From Savitreella phatthalungensis (Eukaryota): DNA of 31,427 nt. A model generated the notes under the pieces. The model was not told where the DNA came from. It ran no database searches and worked only from the letters and a program-made list of their open reading frames with translations. Location: NCBI GenBank assembly GCA_051599415.1, contig AP039698.1:496001-527427 (forward strand), read 5' to 3'. The translations under genes were made by a program, and so were the position numbers. Positions 1 to 10,970 of this stretch are shown in pieces (positions within the stretch are counted from its first letter, which is position 1; each line of letters begins with the position of its first letter).

Positions 1-1799
1 CATGACTCACCACGGATGTGCGAGGTCTGGCGCGAGTGGCCTGGGGAGGCTCCTGCACCGAGTAACGGGTTGCCAGTAAGCCAGTTACTCAGCGCTTGCG
101 GCTCCATCATTGCGCACCCTGTTACCGGGTCGAAAGATATGTCGTCGAGTAAGGATGGTCCTCGCATGTGTAAGGGCACAGCATGCTTGCCGGAAGACTC
201 CACGGCAGGGATGGAGTCAAGACCTGCAATATCACTGGCTGGCTGCAGCATCGCTGGCAATGGATTGCCGTCGTCATCCTCATCTCCTGTCGTCAACATA
301 GCCGCAGATTTAAGGAAAATCGGTAGATAGCCATGTGGCTGCGGCGCTTGGCCAGCAGCAAGAGCCTCCTGGATTGAAGGCAGACGAGCATGGCCGAGAC
401 GGGGCGATTTGCTCTGGGAGCGTGTGACCCGGCGACTCGGCGGGTCCAACACATGCGAGCTCGTTGCGACCTTCATCAGTGTCGTCGGCTTCTTCGATGG
501 GCTTTCTGGTAGACTGGGAGTCGTCGTCCGAGAGTCGCCAGGCGCTGCTTTGCTCTTGCGTTCGCTGCGCTGTTTGGTAGTTTCCGTGTATGGGTTGAAT
601 TGCTGTCCGGTCTGATTTCTGAATTCGAACTGCAGCCCAGTCGAGGATGGCGTCTCTTGTGGTAAAGCCGGTGTCTTGACAGAAGGCCGGCGTGTTTCAG
701 CCACCTGCCGTGGAGTACGCGTTGGGGCGGCGATCTCAAGCTGTTCCACCTGCTGTTCCTCCGGGCAATGCTGTTGCTGCAATTGTTGTTGCTGTTGCAT
801 CGATGGATATACATAATCCCGGTCGAACTCGCCCTTTTTCGGCGATGATGGGACGGGAGTTCGCAGGGGATAATTGACGAAGGGCGCGGCATTTGAGGAA
901 GATAGAGGAGGTGCGCGTGGCACTGGCTGGACAAGCATGGGCGCCTGGTAGAACTGCTCTGGAGAGACCAGACCACTACTCCAGCCCAGAGGTACCTGCT
1001 GAGGATACAGAGCAGGCCCGAAGCCCTGCTCTACAGACCCGATGATCGGCGTGTAGCCCGAGTTCGTGATACCGAGCCCTTGCTGCAATGCCAGAGACGC
1101 GCTTTGTCCCTCCGGAAGTAAGTAGCGTGAGTTTGTCGCTGCAATAACGGCGGCCTGTTGGTGCTGGCGCTGCAGTTGCTGCTGCTGTCGTTGAAGAACT
1201 TGCGCTTGTTGCAAATCTGGGGACATACTGCCAGCCTTTTCTGTCATAGCTGGCGTTTGCAGATGAGACCCGGCACGAGGCAGCCCAGCAGCTGTCACGG
1301 GATCAGCACGTGTGGTATGATATGTTCTCTGGGATCTGACCTGGAGCTGCTCCGAACCGTCGAGCTCGTCGTCATCATCATCGTCCTCGATACTCTGCTG
1401 TTGGCCTTGCGACAATTTTGGCGTGTCGCCAGTGTTCGGAATGACCGCATAAGTGTTCACGACGGCTACTTTGTCCTTTGTGATCCGCCAGACGCCCTGT
1501 GCAGGATCGTCGAGCTGCAGATCCGGTGAGGTGTCGTAGTTGCGAATGGGATCAACTGTGCAGAAGTCCTTCGAGATATAACGTTCCATCATGACTTGAG
1601 CACTGTCCTTACTACTTTCGTCCGAACTGTAAACATGGCACATATTCTTGCGATCGAACATGAGTACCACCACCTGTGTATCACACAGGACGGCCAATTC
1701 GTGTGCTTTCTTGAGAATACCATTACGTCGGCGGTTGAAGGTTACCTTGCGTGTCTTGTCATCCGATATCGGTTTAATCGTGATCTTCTTACGACCCAT
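1..1799 (-). CDS. MEF2-type MADS-box transcription factor (Rlm1/Mbx1-like), 3' end runs off the window
   Basis: Manual translation from ATG at 1799 gives MGRKKITIKPISDDKTRKVTFNRRRNGILKKAHELAVLCDTQVVVLMFDRKNMCHVYSS, a canonical MADS domain. A Q/P/S-rich tail follows with no stop found before base 1 (about 599 codons). Absent from the ORF track because the stop lies outside the window. Confidence 0.93.
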   Translation of the reverse strand, partial: MGRKKITIKPISDDKTRKVTFNRRRNGILKKAHELAVLCDTQVVVLMFDRKNMCHVYSSDESSKDSAQVMMERYISKDFCTVDPIRNYDTSPDLQLDDPAQGVWRITKDKVAVVNTYAVIPNTGDTPKLSQGQQQSIEDDDDDDELDGSEQLQVRSQRTYHTTRADPVTAAGLPRAGSHLQTPAMTEKAGSMSPDLQQAQVLQRQQQQLQRQHQQAAVIAATNSRYLLPEGQSASLALQQGLGITNSGYTPIIGSVEQGFGPALYPQQVPLGWSSGLVSPEQFYQAPMLVQPVPRAPPLSSSNAAPFVNYPLRTPVPSSPKKGEFDRDYVYPSMQQQQQLQQQHCPEEQQVEQLEIAAPTRTPRQVAETRRPSVKTPALPQETPSSTGLQFEFRNQTGQQFNPYTETTKQRSERKSKAAPGDSRTTTPSLPESPSKKPTTLMKVATSSHVLDPPSRRVTRSQSKSPRLGHARLPSIQEALAAGQAPQPHGYLPIFLKSAAMLTTGDEDDDGNPLPAMLQPASDIAGLDSIPAVESSGKHAVPLHMRGPSLLDDISFDPVTGCAMMEPQALSNWLTGNPLLGAGASPGHSRQTSHIRGES

Positions 1800-3675
1800 G
1801 ACAGAAGAATATGAGTCCACGCCTCTGACCTATACAAATTTATGACGATTGTACCGCAGACGGTGGCCGCAAGAACTGATGTTTTGTGGTTGGTTCTACT
1901 TTCGACCGAGCGATACCAAAACAATAAACAGAGATTTGGTTTCAGACGTTGCCGTTGAGGCCACGTGCTTCGAAACTCAAAAGTGGGGCCGTGTGCTCGC
2001 TGGCCGGGTCCTGGGCGGCGCTCGGCGTAATATTGGCCGATAACCAGGTCAGCCAGATTCCATGTACAATTTATTTTCAGCTGTTTCAACGTGTGCAAAG
2101 CCGGGGCTGAAGTAGCCACAAATGGTGAACAGCCCAGTGGTCACGGTTATCCCGAAACAGCCAGCAAGGACGAAACTGGCCCTTCTTCGATAAGGTCACA
2201 TTTATTGCCTTCGTGAGACGCGCATACGCCAGCTACGAGATGTATTGAAGCTGTGTGGGCGTATGTGTGTCCGATGATGAGAGTGCCATGCGCACAGCTG
2301 CCAGTGTGTTCATGCTTGCACTGGTAGCTAATTCCGACGCTGAAATTCTCGCTGCAGCTCACCTGCCAACGACCTGTGCAATGCACGCCATCAGCAAGCT
2401 TGAGCAAAGAATGCTCCAATCGATTTCCGGTATTTGTCCTGAAGGACAGAAACGAAGGCCACCAAAATCCATCTAAGATTGTAGTAATTCTACCACGTTG
2501 CCCTCTCACGGCAGACCTGCATTGAAACGCGGTCGACGAAATGTGTCTCATTCTAGCATCATGACCGCTCCGGTCTATTCTACTATTGACCGTAGATGCG
2601 AATTCAAACAACCTGGTCTACATGTCTACACGTTTACTTGTGTACACACAATTTGCAGCCCCATCGATGCTATTTTTACCGACGCGAGGTGCATGACGTC
2701 GTCGATCATTGCATGTCAATTCAGCCGGGTGGCTGGCATACTATGAGGGGTGGAGCTCGACAACTCTCTTACTCATGGACTGACCACGGAGTGAGCTCAC
2801 CTGACTTTAACCATGCGGGATCGCCGGGATGGGCACTCGATCGAGTTCGCGAAACGACGAGGGGTCAGTTCTGGAGTCTCCCCTGCAACTGGAGATGGTC
2901 ATGTTCCTTTGCAGAACTAGCCAGTCCACCGGTTCTTAATCGCGTCCAGCTACGGAATATTGAACAAAAATGTTGACTTGTCTTAGCACACCAGGACGAA
3001 AAAATGAAAACTCATAATTGATCAACCGATATACCTAACTATTGTTCCAAAAGCCGCCTGATGTACTGCAAACTTGTACGGCGCTAAGTTACCCGCACGC
3101 TTAGTGCTGCGCAAAGGAACAATATCGTGCGACCGAGCTGAGCTACAAGCCACATAAGCCACTGTTTGCGGGCTTGAAAATCGTTCGCATCACTTACTGC
3201 GTATCTCTTCGAGGTGTAACAAGAGAATCCGAAAATATCGCTATTTTCATCATCATCATCCGAGAAAGACTAGCCAATGCTCCGACAAAACGCAAACCCA
3301 TCTGCAGACTGGAGAAGGTCGGCCAGGCCGTCAAATTGCACTTCGAACCACATGACAGTTCTGCAGACCCTCGCCTGAGCATATATGCCTTGTGAAGCGT
3401 GGCATCTGACTGGGGCCGCTCATTGGCAATGTGGTTCTAAGATCAGCCGCGACGACGAGCGGGTTTCATCCGAACCTTCGCTCTGAAGAAATACGCTACC
3501 AGAACGACTGTCCGTCGACAGAGTCTTTAAAAACACGAGCATACGCACTCACCTTGGGTTGAATCGCTCTCCCTGTAGCAATGTTCACGAGAATGTCGGT
3601 GCAGTTGTGATCAGCCTCGGATTCCAGACACTCGCTTGCACAACACGCTCGTTTTAACGTCAAATCATCATCACT

Positions 3676-4281
3676 ATGACTTTCCTTACGTCGCGCGACA
3701 CCATTGCAGCTCTTATGGGCCCTGCCGTACGGACGGTCAGTCCAAACGAGGAGATTATGTCGCCGAGGCAGCGTCAATTACGCGCCATGCGTCGCTCAAG
3801 CAATGAAAGTATAAAGAGCAATAGCAGTGGCTCAAGCAGCGCGCCAACGACACCGCCTGACGAGGCACCGGCTCTCGCGACTCTCGACGTCACACATCCA
3901 CAAGATCTCTTCTTCGTCCAGCAGCACTGTGAGCAAATCGCTTTACAGCAGTTGCAAGAACTACAGCTCACTGCGAGACATATGCACAGCAGTGCAGACA
4001 ACAAAACGTATCGAGGCCGCAAAGCATCACACAATCGACGAGCCTCTCGCAACAAGTCGTCCGTTGCGCTAGCGCCCGTCATCGAGGTGGCCAGTCCGAC
4101 GGAAGAAAAATCCTACAAGCAAGTCTGGCAGAATTTTTCGCGCCCACAGCCTGTGGTGCTGCGATCCGCATCAGTCACGTCCTCTTCGTCAACATCGTCT
4201 TCCACGTCCTCTGCTCCATCTGAGGCTCTCTCCGGCGACTGCTGGGCGGCCGACGTCTGCTCTGCATTACACGCTCTCTGA
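3676..4281 (+). CDS. Hypothetical Ser-rich, probably disordered protein (201 aa)
   Basis: ATG-initiated ORF with S/T-rich tracts and RRxS motifs. No recognisable domain. Confidence 0.6.
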   Translation: MTFLTSRDTIAALMGPAVRTVSPNEEIMSPRQRQLRAMRRSSNESIKSNSSGSSSAPTTPPDEAPALATLDVTHPQDLFFVQQHCEQIALQQLQELQLTARHMHSSADNKTYRGRKASHNRRASRNKSSVALAPVIEVASPTEEKSYKQVWQNFSRPQPVVLRSASVTSSSSTSSSTSSAPSEALSGDCWAADVCSALHAL

Positions 4282-4610
4282 CAAGCTGACTCGTCAGTCT
4301 TTCATGGCCACGATCAGCCCTGTTGCGAATTAGCAACGACATAATGAACCTCAGTATCAATGACATTAATTGTACAGTATATTAAATTATGCCGCGCCCT
4401 GGGCGAGGACACAACAGAGTTCCACGTGCTTTCCTTTTCTTTTTTTTCGGATCCCGGAGATTCGGTTGGAAGCGCAGCGGGAGCGCTAAGTAATTTACAT
4501 ATTTGATCAACCCCGCACCAGTGCTTCATCGATCTATAAAGACAGAGGATCGTGCCAGGTGGATCGAGGACACTTCGAAGGCAACACGAGAAACACGAAC
4601 GGCCTCCAGC

Positions 4611-5744
4611 ATGGCACCTAAGAGTTCCAGCCGCATTTTCGGACATCGTGATGGCTTCACCGCCGACTCTGTCATGCTCATCAATGACGTGACATTCAAG
4701 AACCCACTCTTCAATCTTGGCCTCCTCGCATATCTTCTGAAGAAAGCCGGAGCTCCATTTGACACCACGCTTGGCGCTTGGATCGCGAATAAGACGAATC
4801 GCACCTGGGGTATCACCCTTGCCTCAACACTCGTTGCTGTATCGGCTCTGCGTAGGCTTTCTGATCATCTATCCCGGCTGGCACGAAACCATGGCGTGTT
4901 GGATGGCAAGTGGGAGTGGTCGAAGGAGATCGTGCTCGTGACAGGTGCTGCAAGTGGCATCGGGCAACGTGTCTCGCAGATGCTTTGCGAGCGGGGTATC
5001 ACGGTCGTCGGATGGGATGTTCAGCCTCTGCGCTATCCACAACCGCGCGGCATGCATTTTTACAAGGTCGATCTGCAAGATCCGGACAGTGTCAAGGCTG
5101 TGGCCGACAAGGTGCGACAAGAGGTGGGACATCCGACCGTTCTCTTCAACAATGCCGGGATTGGCAATGGCAGCCTCATCTTAGAGGCTGATACTAAGCA
5201 CGTCAATTCAATTATCGGGGTAAACAGCATTTCGCACTATTGGACAGTGCAGCAGTTCTTACCGAACATGATCGCCAACGATCACGGGCATGTGATTGTG
5301 ACAGCCTCGATGGCATCCTACGTGTCTCCGACAGGGCTCTCGGCATATGGCATGTCAAAAGCTGCCGCGAAAGCTTTCCACTACACACTTTCTCAGGAAA
5401 TCAAGCATGTTTACAAGGCTCCACATGTCCGTACTTCGATGATTAACCCGTTGTGGACAGCAACGCCGCTGCTCGAGCCTCATTCGGCAAGCGCTGCGGC
5501 TAACAAGTCCAACAAAGGTTTGCGTACGCTTCACGTCGATAGTGTCGCAGAGCGCATTGTGGACGTAATCATCTCCGGTGAATCACAGCACCTATGTATT
5601 CCTCGCGCGTCGACAATTGGCTCTGCATTGCGTGGTTTGCCAGACTGGCTTCACTATGGCTTACTTGACGACAACGCAAAGACGATGACAAAATTCGACT
5701 CTCACGAACAATTCACACAGCAGTACCTGAGCAGGCAGAAATAG
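4611..5744 (+). CDS. Short-chain dehydrogenase/reductase (retinol DH/17beta-HSD11-like) with N-terminal membrane segment
   Basis: TGAASGIG Rossmann motif, NNAG, and catalytic YGMSK (YxxxK). First ATG is at 4611. Confidence 0.92.
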   Translation: MAPKSSSRIFGHRDGFTADSVMLINDVTFKNPLFNLGLLAYLLKKAGAPFDTTLGAWIANKTNRTWGITLASTLVAVSALRRLSDHLSRLARNHGVLDGKWEWSKEIVLVTGAASGIGQRVSQMLCERGITVVGWDVQPLRYPQPRGMHFYKVDLQDPDSVKAVADKVRQEVGHPTVLFNNAGIGNGSLILEADTKHVNSIIGVNSISHYWTVQQFLPNMIANDHGHVIVTASMASYVSPTGLSAYGMSKAAAKAFHYTLSQEIKHVYKAPHVRTSMINPLWTATPLLEPHSASAAANKSNKGLRTLHVDSVAERIVDVIISGESQHLCIPRASTIGSALRGLPDWLHYGLLDDNAKTMTKFDSHEQFTQQYLSRQK

Positions 5745-5763
5745 TCGTGTTGTAGCTATAATA

Positions 5764-8199
5764 CTAAAGACCCGCGACTCGAATGACGAGGAAGCCAAGT
5801 GAGACAACGACGCCAAAAGTGACCACGGAAGCTGGCACACCAGACCTCAAGAAGTCGAAAACCGTGAGGTATCGCGTCCCGACCTCGTTCTCTGACGCCA
5901 GAGCGACCATGTTCGGGAAGCCGGACGTCGGCAGACCCATGGCTGCCGAGCACATCAGAGCTGCGCCCATTACGAGCAGCCGAGGATGTGGATCCTCCAT
6001 CGCCGCTCCAACTTGCGCGACCACCGGCAAAACGATGAGCGCGGCAACAGTGTGAGAAATGAATGTGGCCACAACGAGGACGAGTGCCGCGAAAACACAG
6101 AAGACAGCGTACAGGGGAAGCCCCTGAACGGCGGATGAAATTTCGCTTGCAATGGTCGCCAGAAGGCCGGACGAGGAGACAGCTTTGCCTAGGGAAATAC
6201 CACCCATGGCGAGAATGACCACTGTCCAGAGGAAGTTGTTGAAGTCTTCCTTCGTCAAAACTCCGGTACCGAAAAACACGACCAGCGGGATGAGCGCAAC
6301 GACGCCCATGTCCCCAAGAACAGTCTCAAACTGTCTCTCGACGCACCAGAGCACAATCGTCGCAAGGGTGACGAATGCGATGAAGTATTGAATGCGGTCG
6401 AACTTGTCCTTGGACGCGCGGATGGGCTGTAGGTTCGACTGACCCTTGCTGTTATCGTCACCGTTACGAAAAATGAAAAGCAGCAACAACCAAATTGCGA
6501 TGATGGAAACCATGCAAACCGGCACACTGACGAAGAACCATTGCCCCCAACTGGGCGGCGGACTCATGTTCTGCAATGCAACGATGTTCTGCGGCGAAGC
6601 GATCGGTGATGCCATGCCGCCAATATTGCTCGCCAGGGCAACACCAATGATCAAGCACTTGGCGAAGCTCGAGCCGTCCGGAAGGGTGCGCAAGATCGGT
6701 TGAAGAATCGAGTAGACCAGCACCGGAGCAGCTACATTTGATATCCACATGCTCAGAAAGGTTGCCACGCACATCGAAGCAAGCAGAACGTTGCGGGGCT
6801 TCTGTCCCACTTTGCTGAGGATCGACGTAGCGAGCATCTTGGCGATATGATGCTTAGACAGTGCGGCCGCGAGCGAGAAACCGCCGAGCAAGAGCATGAT
6901 CGTAGGAGTCCACATTGCAGCGAAGATATACTTGGTCGCAGCCGGAGCCGAGAGTCGTGTATGTTGCTTGTCATCGGAGCGTACGACACGCAGGCAAACG
7001 ACAAGGAGCGGTATGAGGAGAGCGGTCGTGAATAGCGGGATAACCTCAGTGGCCCAAAGAAGGGATGCGAACACTAGAATGGCCAAGCAATTGCTCTGTT
7101 CAATGCTCTGGAGCGTCGGAAGATAAATCAAGCCGAAAAATACGGCTAAGCAGCCAAAAAGCGTCCATAGGGTGCTGTTTAAGAAGACAGGCGGAATTTG
7201 GTATCGTCCAAGAGGCGTTCTGACAATCTTGGGTGCTTCGTCCTTTGCCGCCAGCAGTGAGCGGAATTGGTTGACACTCGCAGCCTCTGTCCGCCGCTCA
7301 ATGTTGATCATCTCGCGCCAGACTGTATTGCGCTCCCACACAACATGCTCTCGCAGATGAGCCTTCAGCTCCTTTCTTGCCTGTTCAAGGGTATCGCGTG
7401 TCATCCCAGCGTACCAAGCGACAACGCTGTCGATGTTGGAATCGAGCCTGTCGCGAACGTCGCGAGTAAATGGAAAAGTTTCATCCACCTTACGCATGTA
7501 GGCCGAACGCACTGATCGACCAACTGTCTTGTCATACTTCTTCGTGGCCTTGGTGAAGCCAGTGCTGTTCAAATTGACGTATGAGCGGAATTCTGAAAAT
7601 TCGACGTAGAGAGCGGCAACGCGCTTCTTGAGAGCGATCTGGCTCTCGTAGTAGAGAAACGTGTCATATGGATCATCGTTGTCGTCATCGGAATTGTCGT
7701 CCACAGCAGGCGCTTCTCGCGATTGATTCGACGACGTCTGTGTCAATCGATTCTCCTCATCAGACTCACGCCGTCTACCACTGCTGCCAGCATTCATTTG
7801 CTGGCCTGCGTAGCTGCTCTTCCGCCTGACAGCAAATGACGATGATCGTCGAGCTCTGACCCTTGGCGCAGTCGCTACAGGATCTCTGACCTCACCAAAG
7901 TCGTCTTCGCGCTGGAACTCTCCAACCTGTTTTGCCAGATCATCGTATTTTGTCTGGATTGCGGCTTCCTTGATTCGCGCAAAGGCTTCAATCTTGAACA
8001 ATTCCTTGTCCAGCGCCTGGATAAAGCGTGTGTCTGGATCGGCTTCCGCAAGTAGTCCACTTTCCTCATCATCCGCGCCGGTGGACGCTAGATGAGCCTT
8101 TTCAAGAATGTATATGAGCTTCTTCAGGTTGCTGTAAGCAATATAGTTGTCCTGCCATTCTGGCACAGAATTAAACTGCAAAGAGTGTGAGAACTTCAT
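5764..8199 (-). CDS. PHO91: SPX-domain low-affinity phosphate transporter (SLC13/DASS family)
   Basis: N-terminus MKFSHSLQFNSVPEW..YIAYSNLKKLIY (SPX), followed by a multi-TM permease with SMWISNVAAP, ASNIGGMASPIASPQN and GLPTSGFPN. Confidence 0.93.
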   Translation of the reverse strand: MKFSHSLQFNSVPEWQDNYIAYSNLKKLIYILEKAHLASTGADDEESGLLAEADPDTRFIQALDKELFKIEAFARIKEAAIQTKYDDLAKQVGEFQREDDFGEVRDPVATAPRVRARRSSSFAVRRKSSYAGQQMNAGSSGRRRESDEENRLTQTSSNQSREAPAVDDNSDDDNDDPYDTFLYYESQIALKKRVAALYVEFSEFRSYVNLNSTGFTKATKKYDKTVGRSVRSAYMRKVDETFPFTRDVRDRLDSNIDSVVAWYAGMTRDTLEQARKELKAHLREHVVWERNTVWREMINIERRTEAASVNQFRSLLAAKDEAPKIVRTPLGRYQIPPVFLNSTLWTLFGCLAVFFGLIYLPTLQSIEQSNCLAILVFASLLWATEVIPLFTTALLIPLLVVCLRVVRSDDKQHTRLSAPAATKYIFAAMWTPTIMLLLGGFSLAAALSKHHIAKMLATSILSKVGQKPRNVLLASMCVATFLSMWISNVAAPVLVYSILQPILRTLPDGSSFAKCLIIGVALASNIGGMASPIASPQNIVALQNMSPPPSWGQWFFVSVPVCMVSIIAIWLLLLFIFRNGDDNSKGQSNLQPIRASKDKFDRIQYFIAFVTLATIVLWCVERQFETVLGDMGVVALIPLVVFFGTGVLTKEDFNNFLWTVVILAMGGISLGKAVSSSGLLATIASEISSAVQGLPLYAVFCVFAALVLVVATFISHTVAALIVLPVVAQVGAAMEDPHPRLLVMGAALMCSAAMGLPTSGFPNMVALASENEVGTRYLTVFDFLRSGVPASVVTFGVVVSLGFLVIRVAGL

Positions 8200-8714
8200 C
8201 TTTGTGCGACGGCGATGCCGACTGCCGAGGTCAACGAGCTCCAATGTGCCGTCTATCTTGCCGGCATATGAGATAGGTCAACCGCGACCGCGCGATGCGT
8301 TCAGAATGGCTGTCTTTCTGAACACCCACGTCACTGTCGATTCTTCACCGAACGTCCGTGCGTGGGTGATTGCGTGGTGGTCGATTTTTGTCTTCAAGGT
8401 CGATGGGCACGGAATGTGATCTTATTTCAACTGTGATGATAATGCACATCCGGTCAGACCAAAAGAGACCAAGACAAATGCTGATAAGAACGTGGGGGCG
8501 TTTGCCCTGCTGCTGTCAGCGAAGCAGTTATGATGCGGCTACGATGAGCACAACCATTTAAAGACCTTCAGGAGTGCTGTGTGTCACGAGTCAGCGGCAC
8601 GCTGCAGCCACGTCCAACGCGTGATTGGATATCAGAGCATATCAGGTCCATCACGGATCCCGCGGGATCCTTTTATAAGAATCATTGACACTTATCTACT
8701 TGGTGTCAACCGAC

Positions 8715-9839
8715 ATGACTGAACGCTACAGCTGTAGTCTCACCTACGCACAGTATGCGTTGGCCAAAGGTCCATTTGTCGCGTACGATGATACTTTTCT
8801 GGAGCTCGTAGGCCAGTCTCCAAAGCTAAGCGTCCTCCATAGGAAAGACTGGTTGTTCTGCCACGAGGCTGGAGTTTATGTGCGCAGTCTCGACTCGGTC
8901 TTCTTCACAGCCAATTGGCAAGCTCGTCAGCACAGCGGTCCCACCTCAGTGTTCAGCGTTCACTGTCAGACACATGATCTGCGCGAATGGACCGATCAGC
9001 TCCCGGTCGAGATTGTAAACCCGAATGGAGCCTGCAATTTGAATGACAATGAGTTAGTGTTTTGTTGCCAAGGGGATGACGAGGGGGGCCGCTCTGCTCT
9101 CGTAGCCTGGAACGCTGTGACAAATAAGGCTCGCGTTCTGGTCGATCACTATCACGGTCGAAGTTTCAATTCTATCAACGATGTGCTCGTACATCCGACG
9201 ACAGGGGACATCTGGTTCACTGATCCCACCTACGGACATGATCAGAACTTCCGACCTCCACCGCAACTTCCCGCGCAGACTTACAGACTCGATGTGAAGA
9301 GCAGTCGTGTCTACGCTATGGACGACTCCCTCAGGTATCCGAACGGCCTGTGCTTCTCGCCGGATGGGCGAATCCTGTATGTTACCGATACAGAGGCGAT
9401 GCATGGTGACGACAGATCGGGAGGCGTATTTTCTGTCGGTGATGGTGCAAAGCCGCTGCAACGTCCCGGAAAAACGATGCAATTTCACCAACACGGTCGG
9501 GCTCATATCTATTCTTTTCCTTTGATATGTGCTGGTAAGAGGCTTGGGCCGAGATCAATGCTTGCGCATGTCGACGCTGGCGTACCGGATGGTTGCAAAG
9601 TCGATATACATGGCAACATCTGGACTGGCTGTGGTGATGGCCTTCAGTGTCATGATGCTCATACAGGCGAGCTGCTGGGCAAGGTCCTCGTCGAGGGCGG
9701 GGTCGCCAACTTCTGTTTTGCTGCCAAGAAGATATGGATTTTCAACGAAAGACGCTTGATTGTCGCAGAAGGGCTTCTGACGAGGGGTTTCGTAGAGACA
9801 GCCCTCACGGCTGAAGCGGCAAAACATCATGTTTCGTAG
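8715..9839 (+). CDS. SMP-30/gluconolactonase/LRE-family beta-propeller lactonase
   Basis: Motifs PNG, FNSINDV, IWFTDPTYG, PNGLCFSPDGRILYVTDT and PDGCKVDIHGNIW. Confidence 0.9.
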   Translation: MTERYSCSLTYAQYALAKGPFVAYDDTFLELVGQSPKLSVLHRKDWLFCHEAGVYVRSLDSVFFTANWQARQHSGPTSVFSVHCQTHDLREWTDQLPVEIVNPNGACNLNDNELVFCCQGDDEGGRSALVAWNAVTNKARVLVDHYHGRSFNSINDVLVHPTTGDIWFTDPTYGHDQNFRPPPQLPAQTYRLDVKSSRVYAMDDSLRYPNGLCFSPDGRILYVTDTEAMHGDDRSGGVFSVGDGAKPLQRPGKTMQFHQHGRAHIYSFPLICAGKRLGPRSMLAHVDAGVPDGCKVDIHGNIWTGCGDGLQCHDAHTGELLGKVLVEGGVANFCFAAKKIWIFNERRLIVAEGLLTRGFVETALTAEAAKHHVS

Positions 9840-10612
9840 TTGTACATTTCTTGTGAGCGATATAGGCGTGCATGACAACGCTCAATAACGGCCTCACCAA
9901 CCTCACCATCGTTCTCTCGAGCCGGGTAGGTCTCGTCCGCGTAGAGCCAACACCTAGATGCCATCGAGCCCGGCAGATCGATCTGCCGCCAGCCGTACGG
10001 CGCGCCTGCTTGCCGAATAGCCGGCTTTTTGTGCGGCGAGAGAATAAGAAGCCAGGTCGATGCTCGCGCCAAGGCACTCAGGCATGCGTACAGACGTGAT
10101 TCGTCACTGAGAAGATGCAGTGCATAAGATATCACCGTTATATCTGCCGTACCTCCAGGGCCAATCAGCTGGTCAAGCGCATCGCACTGATCGAAACTGA
10201 GCTCGGCGAAAGGGACCTCAGGATGAGCCCTCACGAATGCATCGCGGGTGAAGGGGTCCGCGGCAAATAGCTCAAGCTCTATTTCATGCGTCGCCACAAA
10301 GCGGGCTCTCGCGGTGCCGACCCTCTGACGAGCGGGTGCAGGATTGAAATTGTCATTGACCTGTTCCGGCAGGGTCAATCCAATTCTGTGCCACTCCTCT
10401 ACGACGGACGTAACCTCTCCCGCACCGCAAGCAAAGTCCAGCAAGCGCAGCCTGAACGCAAACTTTTCGCGCTCGGCAAAAGCGGAGAGAACATTTGTGA
10501 GGGCAACGCGGACAGCACCAAACGATGGGTTTCGGTACGTCGATCCTACATCGCGGTAGTAATTTGCAACGCCGCCGGCGGCGTAGTTGTCGCGCATCGA
10601 GGTCGAGTACAT
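9827..10612 (-). CDS. Putative class I SAM-dependent methyltransferase-like protein
   Basis: Motif I-like LLDFACGAGE and ADITVISYALHL. Its 3' end overlaps the lactonase by 13 bp. Confidence 0.75.
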   Translation of the reverse strand: MYSTSMRDNYAAGGVANYYRDVGSTYRNPSFGAVRVALTNVLSAFAEREKFAFRLRLLDFACGAGEVTSVVEEWHRIGLTLPEQVNDNFNPAPARQRVGTARARFVATHEIELELFAADPFTRDAFVRAHPEVPFAELSFDQCDALDQLIGPGGTADITVISYALHLLSDESRLYACLSALARASTWLLILSPHKKPAIRQAGAPYGWRQIDLPGSMASRCWLYADETYPARENDGEVGEAVIERCHARLYRSQEMYNYET

Positions 10613-10751
10613 GACATAGATGAAATCAAACTTGTTGCAAGAGCTCGCCCACCGACATGTGAGCTAAGAAGCTTCACAAGACCATTCTTTGACGTGCTGT
10701 GTCTCCAGGACACGCGGGATCCAAAAAAGATTACGGGGGGGCAAAAAGAGC

Positions 10752-10757
10752 AAAAAA
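10752..10757 (-). terminator. RNA polymerase III oligo-T terminator of tRNA-Gln
   Basis: TTTTTT on the minus strand just downstream of the discriminator base, with a second T5 run beyond it. Confidence 0.8.
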
Positions 10758-10758
10758 G

Positions 10759-10845
10759 AGGTCGCTGCCGGACTCGAACCGACGTCAGCCGGAAAATTCT
10801 GAAACAATCAGAACCGACTGTGCTAACCACCTACACCAAGCAACC
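10759..10845 (-). tRNA. tRNA-Gln(CTG) with 14-nt intron (10794-10807)
   Basis: Acceptor stem GGTTGCT/AGCGACC, D arm GTGT..GCAC, anticodon stem GTCGG/CCGGC with TT-CTG-A, intron after position 37, T arm GTCGG-TTCGAGT-CCGGC, followed by a T6 run. Confidence 0.93.
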
Positions 10846-10970
10846 GATAAAGCCAATTGCTCTCTGGCAAAACATGAACGTAGTCTGAATTGCGAACAAC
10901 ACAAGCCAAAAGCACGTCATCTGGCAATAACATTGAAGTAGCGCACATAAGTGCTTTAACCGCTTGCCAA

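Noticed and set aside
16..1845. Short ORFs listed in 16-1845
   Set aside because: They are antisense or off-frame shadows of the MADS-box gene.
3081..3107. TTACCCG (Reb1-like site) inside a weak hairpin
   Set aside because: A single 7-mer is expected by chance, and nothing else supports it.
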